A stretch of DNA of 64,000 nt, from assembly GCA_963667175.2 (NCBI GenBank), contig CAXXXF010000002.1, positions 128,001 to 192,000 of the forward strand, in the 5' to 3' direction. This stretch comes from Candidatus Latescibacterota bacterium. Lineage in GTDB: Bacteria > Latescibacterota > UBA2968 > GCA-2709665. Both the position numbers and the translations under genes were made by a program. Positions 1-9,667 of the stretch are shown one piece after another (the stretch's first letter is position 1; the number at the start of each line of letters is the position of its first letter). A model generated the notes under the pieces. It did not search any database. It was not told the origin of the DNA and saw only the letters and a program-made list of their open reading frames with translations.

Positions 1-683
1 GGGGAGACCGCGTGGACGAGATCAACAGGACCGGGATTCGGGCAGCCAAGGAGGGATCGGACTGGGAGACGCCGGTAGGCGGCTGTCTCGTATCCACGAT
101 GACCGGTTCCCGTCTGGGAGACCAGGTTTACAATCCGGAGGATCCTTCGTCGGGCGCACGCGCGCAGGCCGAATGGGAAGAACAGATCGCAATTCTCGTC
201 GACGCTGGCGCCGACTTCCTGATCCCGGAGACGTTCTCCCGTCTGGACGAGATGCGGCTGTGCGTGGAAAGCTGTAAGAAAACCGGCCTGCCGACGATGG
301 CGCTCGTGGGCATCGGCAGCCACAAACAGACAAAGGACGGCGCCACCGCGGCGGAGTGCGCCCGCGCCCTCGTGGACGACGGCGCGGACATCGTGGGAAC
401 CGTCTGTATCGGGGACCCGGACCAGATGCTGCCGACGACGCTCGAGATGCGGGAAGCGGTGGATGTACCGATCGCCTGCCAGCCGAAAGCATTCAGACAG
501 ACGGTCGATACGGAAAACGTGGGCTATGCCGTCCGCCGGCATAGCAATGGCGTCACCCCCGACGATATGGCGGCGTTCGCGCTGAAGGCCAGGGCGGAAG
601 GGATCAACTTCGTGGGTTGTTGTTGCGGCGCCGGTCCGTCCCATATCCGCGCGATGGCCGAAGCGCTGGGGAAGCCGGTGTGA
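1..683 (+). CDS. Homocysteine S-methyltransferase (BHMT/MmuM-like Hcy-binding TIM barrel), 5'-truncated by the window edge
   Basis: GADFLIPETF, GADIVGTVC and FVGCCCGAGPSHIRAMAEAL match the Hcy-binding domain with Zn-ligand Cys residues. The frame is open to the window start. Close paralogue of 33694..34611. Confidence 0.88.
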   Translation, partial: GDRVDEINRTGIRAAKEGSDWETPVGGCLVSTMTGSRLGDQVYNPEDPSSGARAQAEWEEQIAILVDAGADFLIPETFSRLDEMRLCVESCKKTGLPTMALVGIGSHKQTKDGATAAECARALVDDGADIVGTVCIGDPDQMLPTTLEMREAVDVPIACQPKAFRQTVDTENVGYAVRRHSNGVTPDDMAAFALKARAEGINFVGCCCGAGPSHIRAMAEALGKPV

Positions 684-708
684 ACCGGGTAAATCTCGGA
701 AGGACATC

Positions 709-1836
709 ATGAGCCAGAGGTGTCCCGGCGAATTCCGCGTCATCTCCTATGACGTCCCGGACTTCAGCGGGGATCATGCCTGCCACGAACCCGGTGATCC
801 GCATGCTCCCAGAATTGCGCGCCTCAGGGACGACTACGGCCTGGAAGAGCTCGTAGTGGGCTGCGAGACGGAATTCGAGGGATTCCTGGCATTGAAGCGA
901 TGGGTCCGCGAACAGTGGGACCACGGGCTCTGGTACAACCGGCCTGAAGTCGACGATGGACTCGGGATTCTGGAGGCCGTGAGCAGGGGGGAACGCTTCT
1001 TCTGCGGTTCCTACGCCCGGGTCTTCGTGGATTCGGCGACCGCGCTGGGCTGGCCCGCGCGGATCGTGGCGGTCTCCACTCAGGATTGCGAGGCGCCGCG
1101 GGACTACACGACGTGGAACGTGGGGCACGCGGTTGCGGAGGTCTGGTCCAACGAACACCGGAAGTGGGTTGTGATGGACCCGGACGTCAACGTCCACTAC
1201 GAGCGGGACGGGTCGCCGCTGAACGCGCTGGAGATCCGCGATGCGTGGCTGGACGGGGCCGCGGATGAGGTTGAAATGGTGCAGGATCAGCCGGAATTCG
1301 TCATTCCGGACGCCAGGCACGTCCGGCTCGCGCTCCGGGACCCCACCTGCCGGAAAGATTATGACGCGGAGGTCAACGCCGGTTTGTTCGCGAGGTTTCT
1401 GCGAAACCGGGTGATGGATTATTATGCCCGGGTCCGGATACTGACGGATCGCCGGACCTGGGAATGGGTGGACCGCAGGTGCCTGCCCACGTTCGTGAGC
1501 CATTTCAGACCGCTGGGCCGCATGCAATGGACCTCCAATCTCCCGGATGTGTACTGGACGGTGAATCTGGTGCGCATCTCCACGCAGCCTTCCTGGGACG
1601 AGGGCGGCGCCAGGCTGGAGGTAACGCTCTCCCACTGCATGCCGTTCTTCGACCACTACGAATACCGCTTCGACGACGGCGCCTGGAAGCCGTGTGGCGA
1701 GCGCTTCGACTGGCCGATGCGGGAGGGGGTCCAGTCGCTGGCCTGCCGGGGCGTGAATTCGATGAAACGCCCAGGGCCTCCCAGCCGCGTCGCGGTGGCG
1801 TACGCCCGGCCGCCGAAGGGGACCGGGTATACCTGA
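709..1836 (+). CDS. Transglutaminase-like (Cys-His-Asp) domain protein
   Basis: FFCGSYARVF ... GHAVAEVWSNEHRKWVVMDPD gives the typical C/H/D triad spacing. AAGGA RBS precedes ATG 709. Confidence 0.82.
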   Translation: MSQRCPGEFRVISYDVPDFSGDHACHEPGDPHAPRIARLRDDYGLEELVVGCETEFEGFLALKRWVREQWDHGLWYNRPEVDDGLGILEAVSRGERFFCGSYARVFVDSATALGWPARIVAVSTQDCEAPRDYTTWNVGHAVAEVWSNEHRKWVVMDPDVNVHYERDGSPLNALEIRDAWLDGAADEVEMVQDQPEFVIPDARHVRLALRDPTCRKDYDAEVNAGLFARFLRNRVMDYYARVRILTDRRTWEWVDRRCLPTFVSHFRPLGRMQWTSNLPDVYWTVNLVRISTQPSWDEGGARLEVTLSHCMPFFDHYEYRFDDGAWKPCGERFDWPMREGVQSLACRGVNSMKRPGPPSRVAVAYARPPKGTGYT

Positions 1837-1891
1837 TAACATGTAATGACGCGCGGGCATGGCGTTTATGCGCCTCCGCGGGGGAAACGGA

Positions 1892-3022
1892 ATGATATCA
1901 ATCGCGGCTGATTTCGAATGCGGGAACGCGAAGCAGATCCGCCAGATCGCAATCGACCGGTATCGGTTGGAGGTGGTCGGGGACAAGGCCACCTACTGTT
2001 ACTACTTCTGCTTTGACGTCCGGAATGACGGCCCCGCATCGGCTGTGACCGTTGAAGTGTGGCCTGACTCGCGCTTCGGCCCGGAGGGATTCGTCGCTGC
2101 TCTGCCGACCACGGTGTGGGTTGCGTCTGGCGGCGGCGACCGTTTCAAGCCGCTCGACCGCGAACGGGTCCGGAATTCGGAAGAGCCCCTGCTGATTCGT
2201 CTGAATCTGAAGGCGAACGAGACGATTCGGGTCGCGAACGCATGGCCCGCGCCGTACAGCGATTCAATGGACACTCTCAGGAGGCTGGCGGAGGAACGCG
2301 GCGACCGGTGCGAGGCGTTCACGATCGGCAAATCGGTTCAGGGTCGCGACGTCCACGGTATCCGGGCCGGCGCGTCCGGCAAACCCCGGATTCTGTGCGT
2401 GGCCGGCCAGCACGCGGTCGAATTCTCGGGGACGTGGGGAATGCTGGGCATTGCGGATTTCATCACGTCCCTCGTGCCGGACGCCGTCGCCCTCCGGGAG
2501 CAGCTTCAGGTGGACGTCCTGCCCGTGGTCAACCCCGATGGAAACGTCATGGGCAGGAACGCGTTCAACGCCGAGGGACTGGACATGTACCGGTCCTTCG
2601 GCGAGGACCCGGAAGCGGCCGCGCCCGAAGCCCGCGAGAGTCGCCTGCTGTGGGACAGGCTTCTCGCGGACCGGCCGGCGCTGTGGATGAATATCCACGC
2701 CTTTGTGGGCTGGCGGGAGAACGGAGAATACCCTTACGACGGATGGTACGAGGTGGTCGATCCGGTCTTTGAGAATCCCGATCGCGCCCGGCTGTACCAG
2801 GCCCTTTGCGATACGATGCGGTTGGAGACCGACGGCATGTCCACCCACGGCAGGGCCAACGTGCATCGCGAGAATACGATGTGCTATCAGATGGCCCGAA
2901 GGCTGGGCATTCCCAGCGTATTCTACGAGACGAACGTCGCCACGGCGGGTCCGCACGGTTCCGCCAGGCGCGCGACCCACGTGTTCAAACGAGCGGTCCG
3001 TACCCTGCTGAATTACCGGTGA
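1892..3022 (+). CDS. M14-family zinc carboxypeptidase (cytosolic carboxypeptidase-like)
   Basis: N-terminal ADFECGN, IGKSVQGRDV, GQHAVE (HxxE), VNPDG...GRNA and NIH zinc ligand. Start moved to ATG 1892. Confidence 0.82.
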   Translation: MISIAADFECGNAKQIRQIAIDRYRLEVVGDKATYCYYFCFDVRNDGPASAVTVEVWPDSRFGPEGFVAALPTTVWVASGGGDRFKPLDRERVRNSEEPLLIRLNLKANETIRVANAWPAPYSDSMDTLRRLAEERGDRCEAFTIGKSVQGRDVHGIRAGASGKPRILCVAGQHAVEFSGTWGMLGIADFITSLVPDAVALREQLQVDVLPVVNPDGNVMGRNAFNAEGLDMYRSFGEDPEAAAPEARESRLLWDRLLADRPALWMNIHAFVGWRENGEYPYDGWYEVVDPVFENPDRARLYQALCDTMRLETDGMSTHGRANVHRENTMCYQMARRLGIPSVFYETNVATAGPHGSARRATHVFKRAVRTLLNYR

Positions 3023-3037
3023 GGCGGGAAGCGCGGA

Positions 3038-4750
3038 ATGTATCGTGCAGTTTACTGGATATTCCTCCTCGTAATCCTTCGCGGCGAAGCGCTGTTCGCG
3101 GATTCGCCCCGATTCGTCGACGTGACGGCGTCTTCAGGCATCGACTTCCGGCACGTCCACGGGGGGACGGGCAAGAAGCATTTCGTGGAAACGATGGGAT
3201 CCGGGGTCGCGTTTCTGGACTACAACAACGACGGCTGGCTGGACGTATTCGCCGTTAACGGGGGGACGTTGCCCGGCTACGCCGGCCCGTCCCCGCAGAA
3301 CCGGCTGTACCGGAACGCCGGCACGGGTGTGTTCTCCGACGTGACCCGGTTCGCCGGAGTGGGCGAAACGGCCTACGGAATGGGCGTCTGCGCCGGAGAC
3401 TTCGACAACGACGGGCACGACGACCTGTACGTGACGTGCTACGGGCCGAACAGCCTGTTCCGGAACAACGGAGACGGCACGTTCAGGGACGTCGCGGCAC
3501 AGGCCGGCGTCTCCGGGGACGCCGTCTGGAGCGTGGGATGTTCCTTTCTGGACGTCGACTCGGATGGATTGCTGGATCTCTACGTGGCCAATTACGTGGA
3601 CTACGCGATCGGCGCCCCTGAGAAAAGGCTGAGACCTTACGCCTCCCGTTCCGCAACTCCCTCCGAGAGCGAGAGGTTCTATCCCCACCCTGACAACTTC
3701 AAGGGGGCCGCGGACCGCCTGTATCGCAACAACGGAAACGGGACGTTTTCGGACGTGACCCGACGGGCCGGCGTCTTCAATCCCGGCGGCAAGGGGATGG
3801 GCATGGCATGCGCCGACGTCGACGGGGACGGCGCTCCGGATATCTTCGTGGCCAACGATATGACGCCCAATTTTCTCTACCTGAACCGGGGCGACGGGCG
3901 CTTTGTCGACAGAGGTCTTCTATCGGGCCTGGGTTACAGCGGATCGGGCGACCTGCAGTCCAGCATGGGCGCGGACTTCGGCGATTTCAACCGCGACGGC
4001 CGCCTGGACCTGGCGATTAGCAATTTCCGGCTGGAGGGCGCCGGGCTCTACCGCAACGAGGGGGCCGGGCTCTTCACGGACGTTTCTTCGATATCCGGCA
4101 TCAGGGCCCCGACGATCCCCCACGTGGGATGGGGAATCGGCTTTCTGGACTACGACAATGACGGCTGGCCCGACCTTTTGATGGCGCACGGTCACGTGCT
4201 CGACAACGCCCACCGGGTGGGGAGCGTCTACAAGCAGCCGGCAATCCTGTTCCGCAACACCGGCGACGGCCGGTTCGTCGACGTGACGCGCGACGTGGAG
4301 GACGGCCTGTCCGTACCGCAGCCCGGCCGCGGCGTCGCCTTCGGAGACTTCGACAACGACGGAGACGTGGACGTATTCGTGCTTTCGGTAAACGGCGCCG
4401 CGCGCCTCCTGAGAAACGACGTGGGCAACAGGAGCCGGTGGCTGAGGGTGAAGCTGGCGGGCGCCGCGCGGGAGCATTCCGTGGGTTCAACCGGCGCTCC
4501 GCGTCTGTCGAACCGCAACGGAATCGGCGCCCGGGTGACGGTCTGGGCCGGCGGCCGGCCGCGGGTCGGCGAAGTCCGAAGCGGATCAAGCTATCTGTCG
4601 CAGAACGATTTCCGTCTCCATTTCGGACTCGGCCGGAACGCGATGGTCGATTCCCTCAAGGTCCGTTGGCCCGGTGGCACGGTGGATCGGATCGGGAGCA
4701 CATCGGCGGACAGGGAGATCGTCGTGAGGGAAGGGGAGACAGGTCCATGA
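3038..4750 (+). CDS. CRTAC1-family FG-GAP repeat protein with C-terminal ASPIC/UnbV domain
   Basis: Signal peptide, repeated DxDxDGxxDL/NRLYRN units, and C-terminal SNRNGIGARV...SSYLSQNDFRLHFGLG...VRWP. Confidence 0.92.
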   Translation: MYRAVYWIFLLVILRGEALFADSPRFVDVTASSGIDFRHVHGGTGKKHFVETMGSGVAFLDYNNDGWLDVFAVNGGTLPGYAGPSPQNRLYRNAGTGVFSDVTRFAGVGETAYGMGVCAGDFDNDGHDDLYVTCYGPNSLFRNNGDGTFRDVAAQAGVSGDAVWSVGCSFLDVDSDGLLDLYVANYVDYAIGAPEKRLRPYASRSATPSESERFYPHPDNFKGAADRLYRNNGNGTFSDVTRRAGVFNPGGKGMGMACADVDGDGAPDIFVANDMTPNFLYLNRGDGRFVDRGLLSGLGYSGSGDLQSSMGADFGDFNRDGRLDLAISNFRLEGAGLYRNEGAGLFTDVSSISGIRAPTIPHVGWGIGFLDYDNDGWPDLLMAHGHVLDNAHRVGSVYKQPAILFRNTGDGRFVDVTRDVEDGLSVPQPGRGVAFGDFDNDGDVDVFVLSVNGAARLLRNDVGNRSRWLRVKLAGAAREHSVGSTGAPRLSNRNGIGARVTVWAGGRPRVGEVRSGSSYLSQNDFRLHFGLGRNAMVDSLKVRWPGGTVDRIGSTSADREIVVREGETGP

Positions 4751-6729
4751 CGCTCGGGGGCACGGATTGGCGAAAAGGCGTCCTGCTCGGAATGCTTGCC
4801 GCCGTGCTTTTCAACGCACAGGCGCGTGCCGGCCGCCCCAAAGAGATCCGGTACATCGGGCCCCCGGTGAGCACGTTGAACAGCTATCTGTATACCGGGG
4901 GGATGTACGCGCAGATCACCCTGGGCACGAAGGAGGGGCTGGTTCAACTGGGTCCGGAGAAAGGGCTGATTCCGGCCCAGTGCGAGCGCTGGGAGGTCTC
5001 CGAAGACAGGTTGTCGTATACGTTTTTTCTTCGGCGGGACAACCGATGGTACGACGGCACAACGGTGACCGCGCGGGACTACAGGGCGGCCTTTATCTAT
5101 CAGATGGAACCGGGGCGGGAGAGCAAATGGCTCTGGGACACGCCGCTGCAGTACGTGGTCAAGGCCATGGATTTCAGGAACGGCGCGGCACGGGAGGACG
5201 AGGTGGGCGTGGACGTGCTCGACGAGTTCACGCTGCGCTTCCGCCTGGCGAGGCCGTATCCCGCGTTTCTGAACGCCATGGTCACCGGGAGCATGTTCCC
5301 GATTCACCGGGGATCGCTCGAAAAGTACGGAGACGCGTGGCACAAGCTGCCCAACTACCAGGGGAACGGGCCGTACAGGATCGTGGAGTGGGAACTCAAT
5401 TCCCATATCATCCTGGAGGCGAATCCGCGGTACAACCTGCCGCGAGGCAATCTGGAGCGGATCCACAGCCGATTCGCGGGCAGACCGCTGGAAGGGTACC
5501 AGAGCGGAGAGATCGACTTCGCGTTGCTGGCGTCGATCGCCGATATCTACTACGCCAGGCGCCATCCCGAGCTGGGCGATGAACTGGTCCTGACGCCCAC
5601 GAGCGGGCTTTCCTACGTAAGATTCCTGTTCTCGGAGCATCCGGTTTACTGGGACGCGCGGGTGCGCCGGGCGATTGCGCTCGGATTCGACAAGCGCCGG
5701 ATCGTGGAGTCGATCTTTCTCGGGCGGGAGACGCCGATGCATATGCTCTCCACGCCGGCGATGCCGGATTGGGATCCCGACGTGGGGATGAGATTCAACG
5801 TGGAAGAAGCCCGCCGCCTGCTGTCGGAGGCGGGATACCCCGGTGGCGAGGGCATTCCCGAATCGGTGATTCTGATTCCGTCGTACCTGGCGCCCGAGAT
5901 GGTCTCGCAGTTCGTGGTGATCGCCGCGATGCTGGAAGAAAACCTGGGCATCCGGTTCCGGATCGACAATCAGGAACTGGGCGTGTACGCCGATAAACGG
6001 GTTTCCCTGAATCCTTCCGGGTATACGGGGATGTGCTTTGCGGCCTCGGGAGCGCCGTGGCCGAACCCCATCTACGGCACGCAATGGATCGAAAACGTCC
6101 AGTGGACGGAGGATCCCGGGGTCTACGGCGCCTGGTGGGAGGGACAGCGCCGGATCCTGCAGATCCGGTCGGGGATGACCCCGCTTGAGGGCGGCGAGAA
6201 TCTCGAGGAATTCCAGCCTGTTCACCGCCTGGTCGAGGCGTACGCGGACTCGGTGACGGCGCTCTTCGCGAACGGCCGGCACGGTCCGCGCCTGCGCCGG
6301 CAGGCGGAGGAGGCGATGAGCGGTTGGCGGCAGACCGCGGACGAGATCCTGAGGACGGCGGGCGAGCCGGACGCGGACCTGGAATGGTGCTGGAAGGCGC
6401 TCAACGTCACGCTTCTGCAAGCCCGTCAATACTATTTCCAGTGGTCGAACACCAGCGACCTGCGCTGGCGCCTGGAGGAGATGCGCCAGGAAGCGCATTA
6501 CGCGCGCGAATCGTCCCGCCAGGCGGAGATCAACCGCGAAGTGCACCGGCTGGTGCAGGCTTTCTCCTGGGATTTCCCGCTCCACGTCGCCAATGCCACC
6601 GCGCTGGTCAGGCCCTACGTGAAGGGGCTGAGATTCTGCGCGTACTGGTGGGCAAATCCCATGTATCTCAAGTGGATCGATATCGATGACGACGGGGCGA
6701 CGGCAGCCAGGAACGCGGTGGTCGACTAG
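4747..6729 (+). CDS. oppA: Peptide ABC transporter substrate-binding protein (OppA/DppA family)
   Basis: EGLVQ, WEVSEDRLSYTFFLR, WYDGTTVTARDY, GNGPYRI, VRRAIAL and EARRLLSEAGYPGG motifs. ATGA overlap with the upstream stop sets the start at 4747. Confidence 0.87.
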   Translation: MTLGGTDWRKGVLLGMLAAVLFNAQARAGRPKEIRYIGPPVSTLNSYLYTGGMYAQITLGTKEGLVQLGPEKGLIPAQCERWEVSEDRLSYTFFLRRDNRWYDGTTVTARDYRAAFIYQMEPGRESKWLWDTPLQYVVKAMDFRNGAAREDEVGVDVLDEFTLRFRLARPYPAFLNAMVTGSMFPIHRGSLEKYGDAWHKLPNYQGNGPYRIVEWELNSHIILEANPRYNLPRGNLERIHSRFAGRPLEGYQSGEIDFALLASIADIYYARRHPELGDELVLTPTSGLSYVRFLFSEHPVYWDARVRRAIALGFDKRRIVESIFLGRETPMHMLSTPAMPDWDPDVGMRFNVEEARRLLSEAGYPGGEGIPESVILIPSYLAPEMVSQFVVIAAMLEENLGIRFRIDNQELGVYADKRVSLNPSGYTGMCFAASGAPWPNPIYGTQWIENVQWTEDPGVYGAWWEGQRRILQIRSGMTPLEGGENLEEFQPVHRLVEAYADSVTALFANGRHGPRLRRQAEEAMSGWRQTADEILRTAGEPDADLEWCWKALNVTLLQARQYYFQWSNTSDLRWRLEEMRQEAHYARESSRQAEINREVHRLVQAFSWDFPLHVANATALVRPYVKGLRFCAYWWANPMYLKWIDIDDDGATAARNAVVD

Positions 6730-6782
6730 GAGGCCGTCAGCGCCGCGTTCATGCCGAAGCGAATTCGAGCTGGAGCGTCGTT

Positions 6783-7760
6783 ATGGTGATGTTCTTCTTC
6801 CGCCGGGTCGGCCAGATTTTCGTGAGTCTGGTCGCGATCCTGGTCATCACGTTCTACCTGATGCACGCCGCGCCCGGTGATTTCTTCAACATCGAACGGC
6901 TGATGAACCAGCAGGTGACGGGCAGCCGGCTGAGTCAGTTCGAGGAAAAGAGCCAGACGCTCATGCTATGGGAGGAGCGCTACGGCGAAAATACGCCCGT
7001 CTGGAAGCAGATCCTGATCTATCTGCGCCACGCGGCCGTCCTGGACTTCGGACCGTCGTTCCGCTACCCGGATACGACCATCCAGGAGATGATGAAACGG
7101 GCCTTCCCGCGGACGTTCGTCCTGGCCTTCTCTCCGATGCTTCTGGCGCTTCTGATCGGCATCCCCATGGGCATCGGGGCGGCGCTGTACCGGAACTCGT
7201 GGATCGACCGTGTCACCATGTTCGTTTCCATGCTGGGCATCTGCATCCCGTCTTACGTCATCGCCCTGCTGGTGATCGTCTTTTTCGCCGTCACGCTTCA
7301 GTTGTTCCCCACGTCCGGGTGGGGGACCTGGGAGTACGCCGTCCTGCCTGTCATGGCGATGGTCTTCCAACCCGTTGCAGGCATCGCCCGATACGTCCGG
7401 GTGAGCCTGATCAAGGAGATGGGCGAAGACTACGTGCGGACGGTCTTCTCGAAGGGCGGAAACCGCAACAAGGCGGTTTTTCGCCACGCGCTCCGGAATT
7501 CGCTGATCCCCCTCCTGACGATTAGCGGCCCTCAGTTCGCCAATCTGATGGTGAGCACCGCCTTCATCGAGGAAATCTTCAATATCCCCGGCCTGGGCAA
7601 GCTGTTCGTGGCCGCCGCGGGGACCCGGGACTATCCGATGATCATCACGTCGACCCTGTTTTTCGGTTTTCTGATTATGCTGATGAACCTGCTGGTGGAT
7701 ATCGGGTACGCGCTGATCGATCCGCGGATACGGGCGAGTTATAGAGGAAAAGGGGGATAA
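6783..7760 (+). CDS. oppB: Peptide ABC transporter permease
   Basis: APGD, LDFGPSFRY, EDYVRT...HALRNSLIP, EEIFNIPGLG and RDYPMI motifs; multiple TM segments. Confidence 0.92.
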   Translation: MVMFFFRRVGQIFVSLVAILVITFYLMHAAPGDFFNIERLMNQQVTGSRLSQFEEKSQTLMLWEERYGENTPVWKQILIYLRHAAVLDFGPSFRYPDTTIQEMMKRAFPRTFVLAFSPMLLALLIGIPMGIGAALYRNSWIDRVTMFVSMLGICIPSYVIALLVIVFFAVTLQLFPTSGWGTWEYAVLPVMAMVFQPVAGIARYVRVSLIKEMGEDYVRTVFSKGGNRNKAVFRHALRNSLIPLLTISGPQFANLMVSTAFIEEIFNIPGLGKLFVAAAGTRDYPMIITSTLFFGFLIMLMNLLVDIGYALIDPRIRASYRGKGG

Positions 7761-7763
7761 CGC

Positions 7764-8663
7764 GTGGCCGCGCTGAATCCGGTCGGACGTCCGCCGTCCG
7801 ATGCAGACGAGTCGTCGCCCGCGCCGCGGATTTCATATTGGGGCGCCGTCTGGCAACGATTCTCCTCGAACCGTCTGGCCGTGCTGAGCCTGGGGTTCGT
7901 GATCGTGATGGTTCTGGTCGCGGCCCTGGCGGATCTCATTGCGCCGTACGGGTACAACCAGATCGACCTGGACAACGCGTACCAGTCCCCGTCCTGGCGG
8001 CACGTCGCGGGGACCGACGAGGTGGGGCGGGACATCTTCAGCCGCCTGATCTTCAGCCTTCAGACGGCCCTGGCCGTTGCGTTCGGCGCCACGGTGATCT
8101 CGGTGGCGATCGGCGGGCTTATCGGCGCGGTCGCGGGGTACGCCGGCGGCGTCGTGGACAACGTGCTGATGCGGTTTACGGACGTGATGTACGCGTTTCC
8201 CGGGTTTCTGTTCAGCATCATCCTGGTGTCGGTCCTCGGCAGGGGCATCGTGACGATATTCATCGCCATCGCGGCCACGGGCTGGGTCGGGTTCGCCCGG
8301 CTGATGCGCGCCCAGGTCTTGTCCATCAAAAACCTGGAATACGTGGAGTCTGCGCGGGCGCTGGGGGCGACCCATCCATACGCGATCCGGCGTTACATTC
8401 TTCCGAATTCCTTCGGTCCGCTGATCGTCGCGATCGCGTTCATGGTCCCCACCCTGATGATGACCGAGTCGGCGCTGAGTCTGCTCGGGCTGGGGGTGAT
8501 GCCCCCGCGGCCGAGTTGGGGGGTGCTGATCCAGGTGGGGAGCCTGAATTTCAGGGCTTTTCCCTACCAGCTCACGTGGCCGGCCGCCACGTTTGCGCTC
8601 GCGCTTCTGGCTTTCACGTATCTGGGCGACGGGCTGAACGACGCATTCAACCCCAAAGAGTAA
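7764..8663 (+). CDS. oppC: Peptide ABC transporter permease
   Basis: GTDEVGRDIFSRL, EAA-loop EYVESARALGA, ESALSLLGLG and GDGLNDAFNP. Confidence 0.92.
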   Translation: MAALNPVGRPPSDADESSPAPRISYWGAVWQRFSSNRLAVLSLGFVIVMVLVAALADLIAPYGYNQIDLDNAYQSPSWRHVAGTDEVGRDIFSRLIFSLQTALAVAFGATVISVAIGGLIGAVAGYAGGVVDNVLMRFTDVMYAFPGFLFSIILVSVLGRGIVTIFIAIAATGWVGFARLMRAQVLSIKNLEYVESARALGATHPYAIRRYILPNSFGPLIVAIAFMVPTLMMTESALSLLGLGVMPPRPSWGVLIQVGSLNFRAFPYQLTWPAATFALALLAFTYLGDGLNDAFNPKE

Positions 8664-8693
8664 GTCCTGAGTCGGACTCTGTGAGGCGCGTCC

Positions 8694-9650
8694 GTGTCCA
8701 CGCTGCTCGACGTCCGAAACCTGAAGACCTATTTCTATCGCCGCGACGGCGTGGTGAGGGCGGTGGACGGCATCTCATACGTCGTTCGCGAACGGGAGAG
8801 CGTGGGCGTCGTCGGGGAAAGCGGCAGCGGCAAGAGCGTGAGCATGCTGTCCGTCGTCAGGCTGATCGGAGGACGGGGGAAGATTGTAGCCGGAAAGGTC
8901 GTTTTCAACGGACGCAACCTGCTGGAACTGGACGAAAGGGCGCTTCAGGAGATTCGCGGCAACGACGTCGGGTTCATCTTTCAGAACCCCCAGACGTCGC
9001 TCAACCCCACGATGCGCAGCGGGCCGCAGATCGCCGAACCCCTTCTGTGGCACGGGCGCGCCGACCGGAAGCAGTCCTTCGAGCGCGCGGTCTCGCTGCT
9101 GGAAGAGGTGGGCATTCCCGCGCCGGCGCTGCGCTACCGGAACTACCCGTTCGAACTCTCGGGAGGGATGAAACAGCGCGTGATGATCGCGGTGGCGTTG
9201 AGCTGCGAGCCGAAGCTGATGATTGCGGACGAACCCACGACCGCGCTGGACGTCACGACACAGGCGCAGATCATGGACCTGATGAACCGGATGAAGGCCG
9301 CGCACGGGATGTCAACCGTGCTGATTACCCACGATTTCGGGCTCGCCGCGGAATTCAGCGACAGGATCGTCGTGATGTACGCCGGAAGAGTGGCCGAAAT
9401 TGCGCCCACCCGCGTATTCCTGAATTCCCCGAGGCACCCGTACTCCATCGGGTTGCTGGAAAACGCGAAGATGGTCCGAGGGCGTCTGGATACCATCCCC
9501 GGGCAGCCTCCCGACATGACCCGGCCGCCGTCGGGATGCCGATTCCATCCCCGCTGTCCCCGCGCCACGGACCAATGCCGGGAAGAGGACCCTGGAATGA
9601 CCAGGATATCGGACGACCATTCCGTCTTCTGCTGGCACCACGACGCGTAA
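8694..9650 (+). CDS. oppD: Peptide ABC transporter ATP-binding protein
   Basis: Walker A GESGSGKS, signature LSGGMKQRV, Walker B IADEPTTALD, and C-terminal GCRFHPRC Fe-S domain. Confidence 0.93.
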   Translation: MSTLLDVRNLKTYFYRRDGVVRAVDGISYVVRERESVGVVGESGSGKSVSMLSVVRLIGGRGKIVAGKVVFNGRNLLELDERALQEIRGNDVGFIFQNPQTSLNPTMRSGPQIAEPLLWHGRADRKQSFERAVSLLEEVGIPAPALRYRNYPFELSGGMKQRVMIAVALSCEPKLMIADEPTTALDVTTQAQIMDLMNRMKAAHGMSTVLITHDFGLAAEFSDRIVVMYAGRVAEIAPTRVFLNSPRHPYSIGLLENAKMVRGRLDTIPGQPPDMTRPPSGCRFHPRCPRATDQCREEDPGMTRISDDHSVFCWHHDA

Positions 9651-9667
9651 GGATGTGTCCCGCGATA

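Noticed and set aside
4591-6585. 664-aa minus-strand ORF, and similar shadows at 604..1992, 22342..24039, 28780..30333, 43007..44311 and 53053..54732
   Set aside because: Each fully overlaps a well-supported gene on the other strand and has Arg/Pro/Gly/His-rich, motif-free composition.
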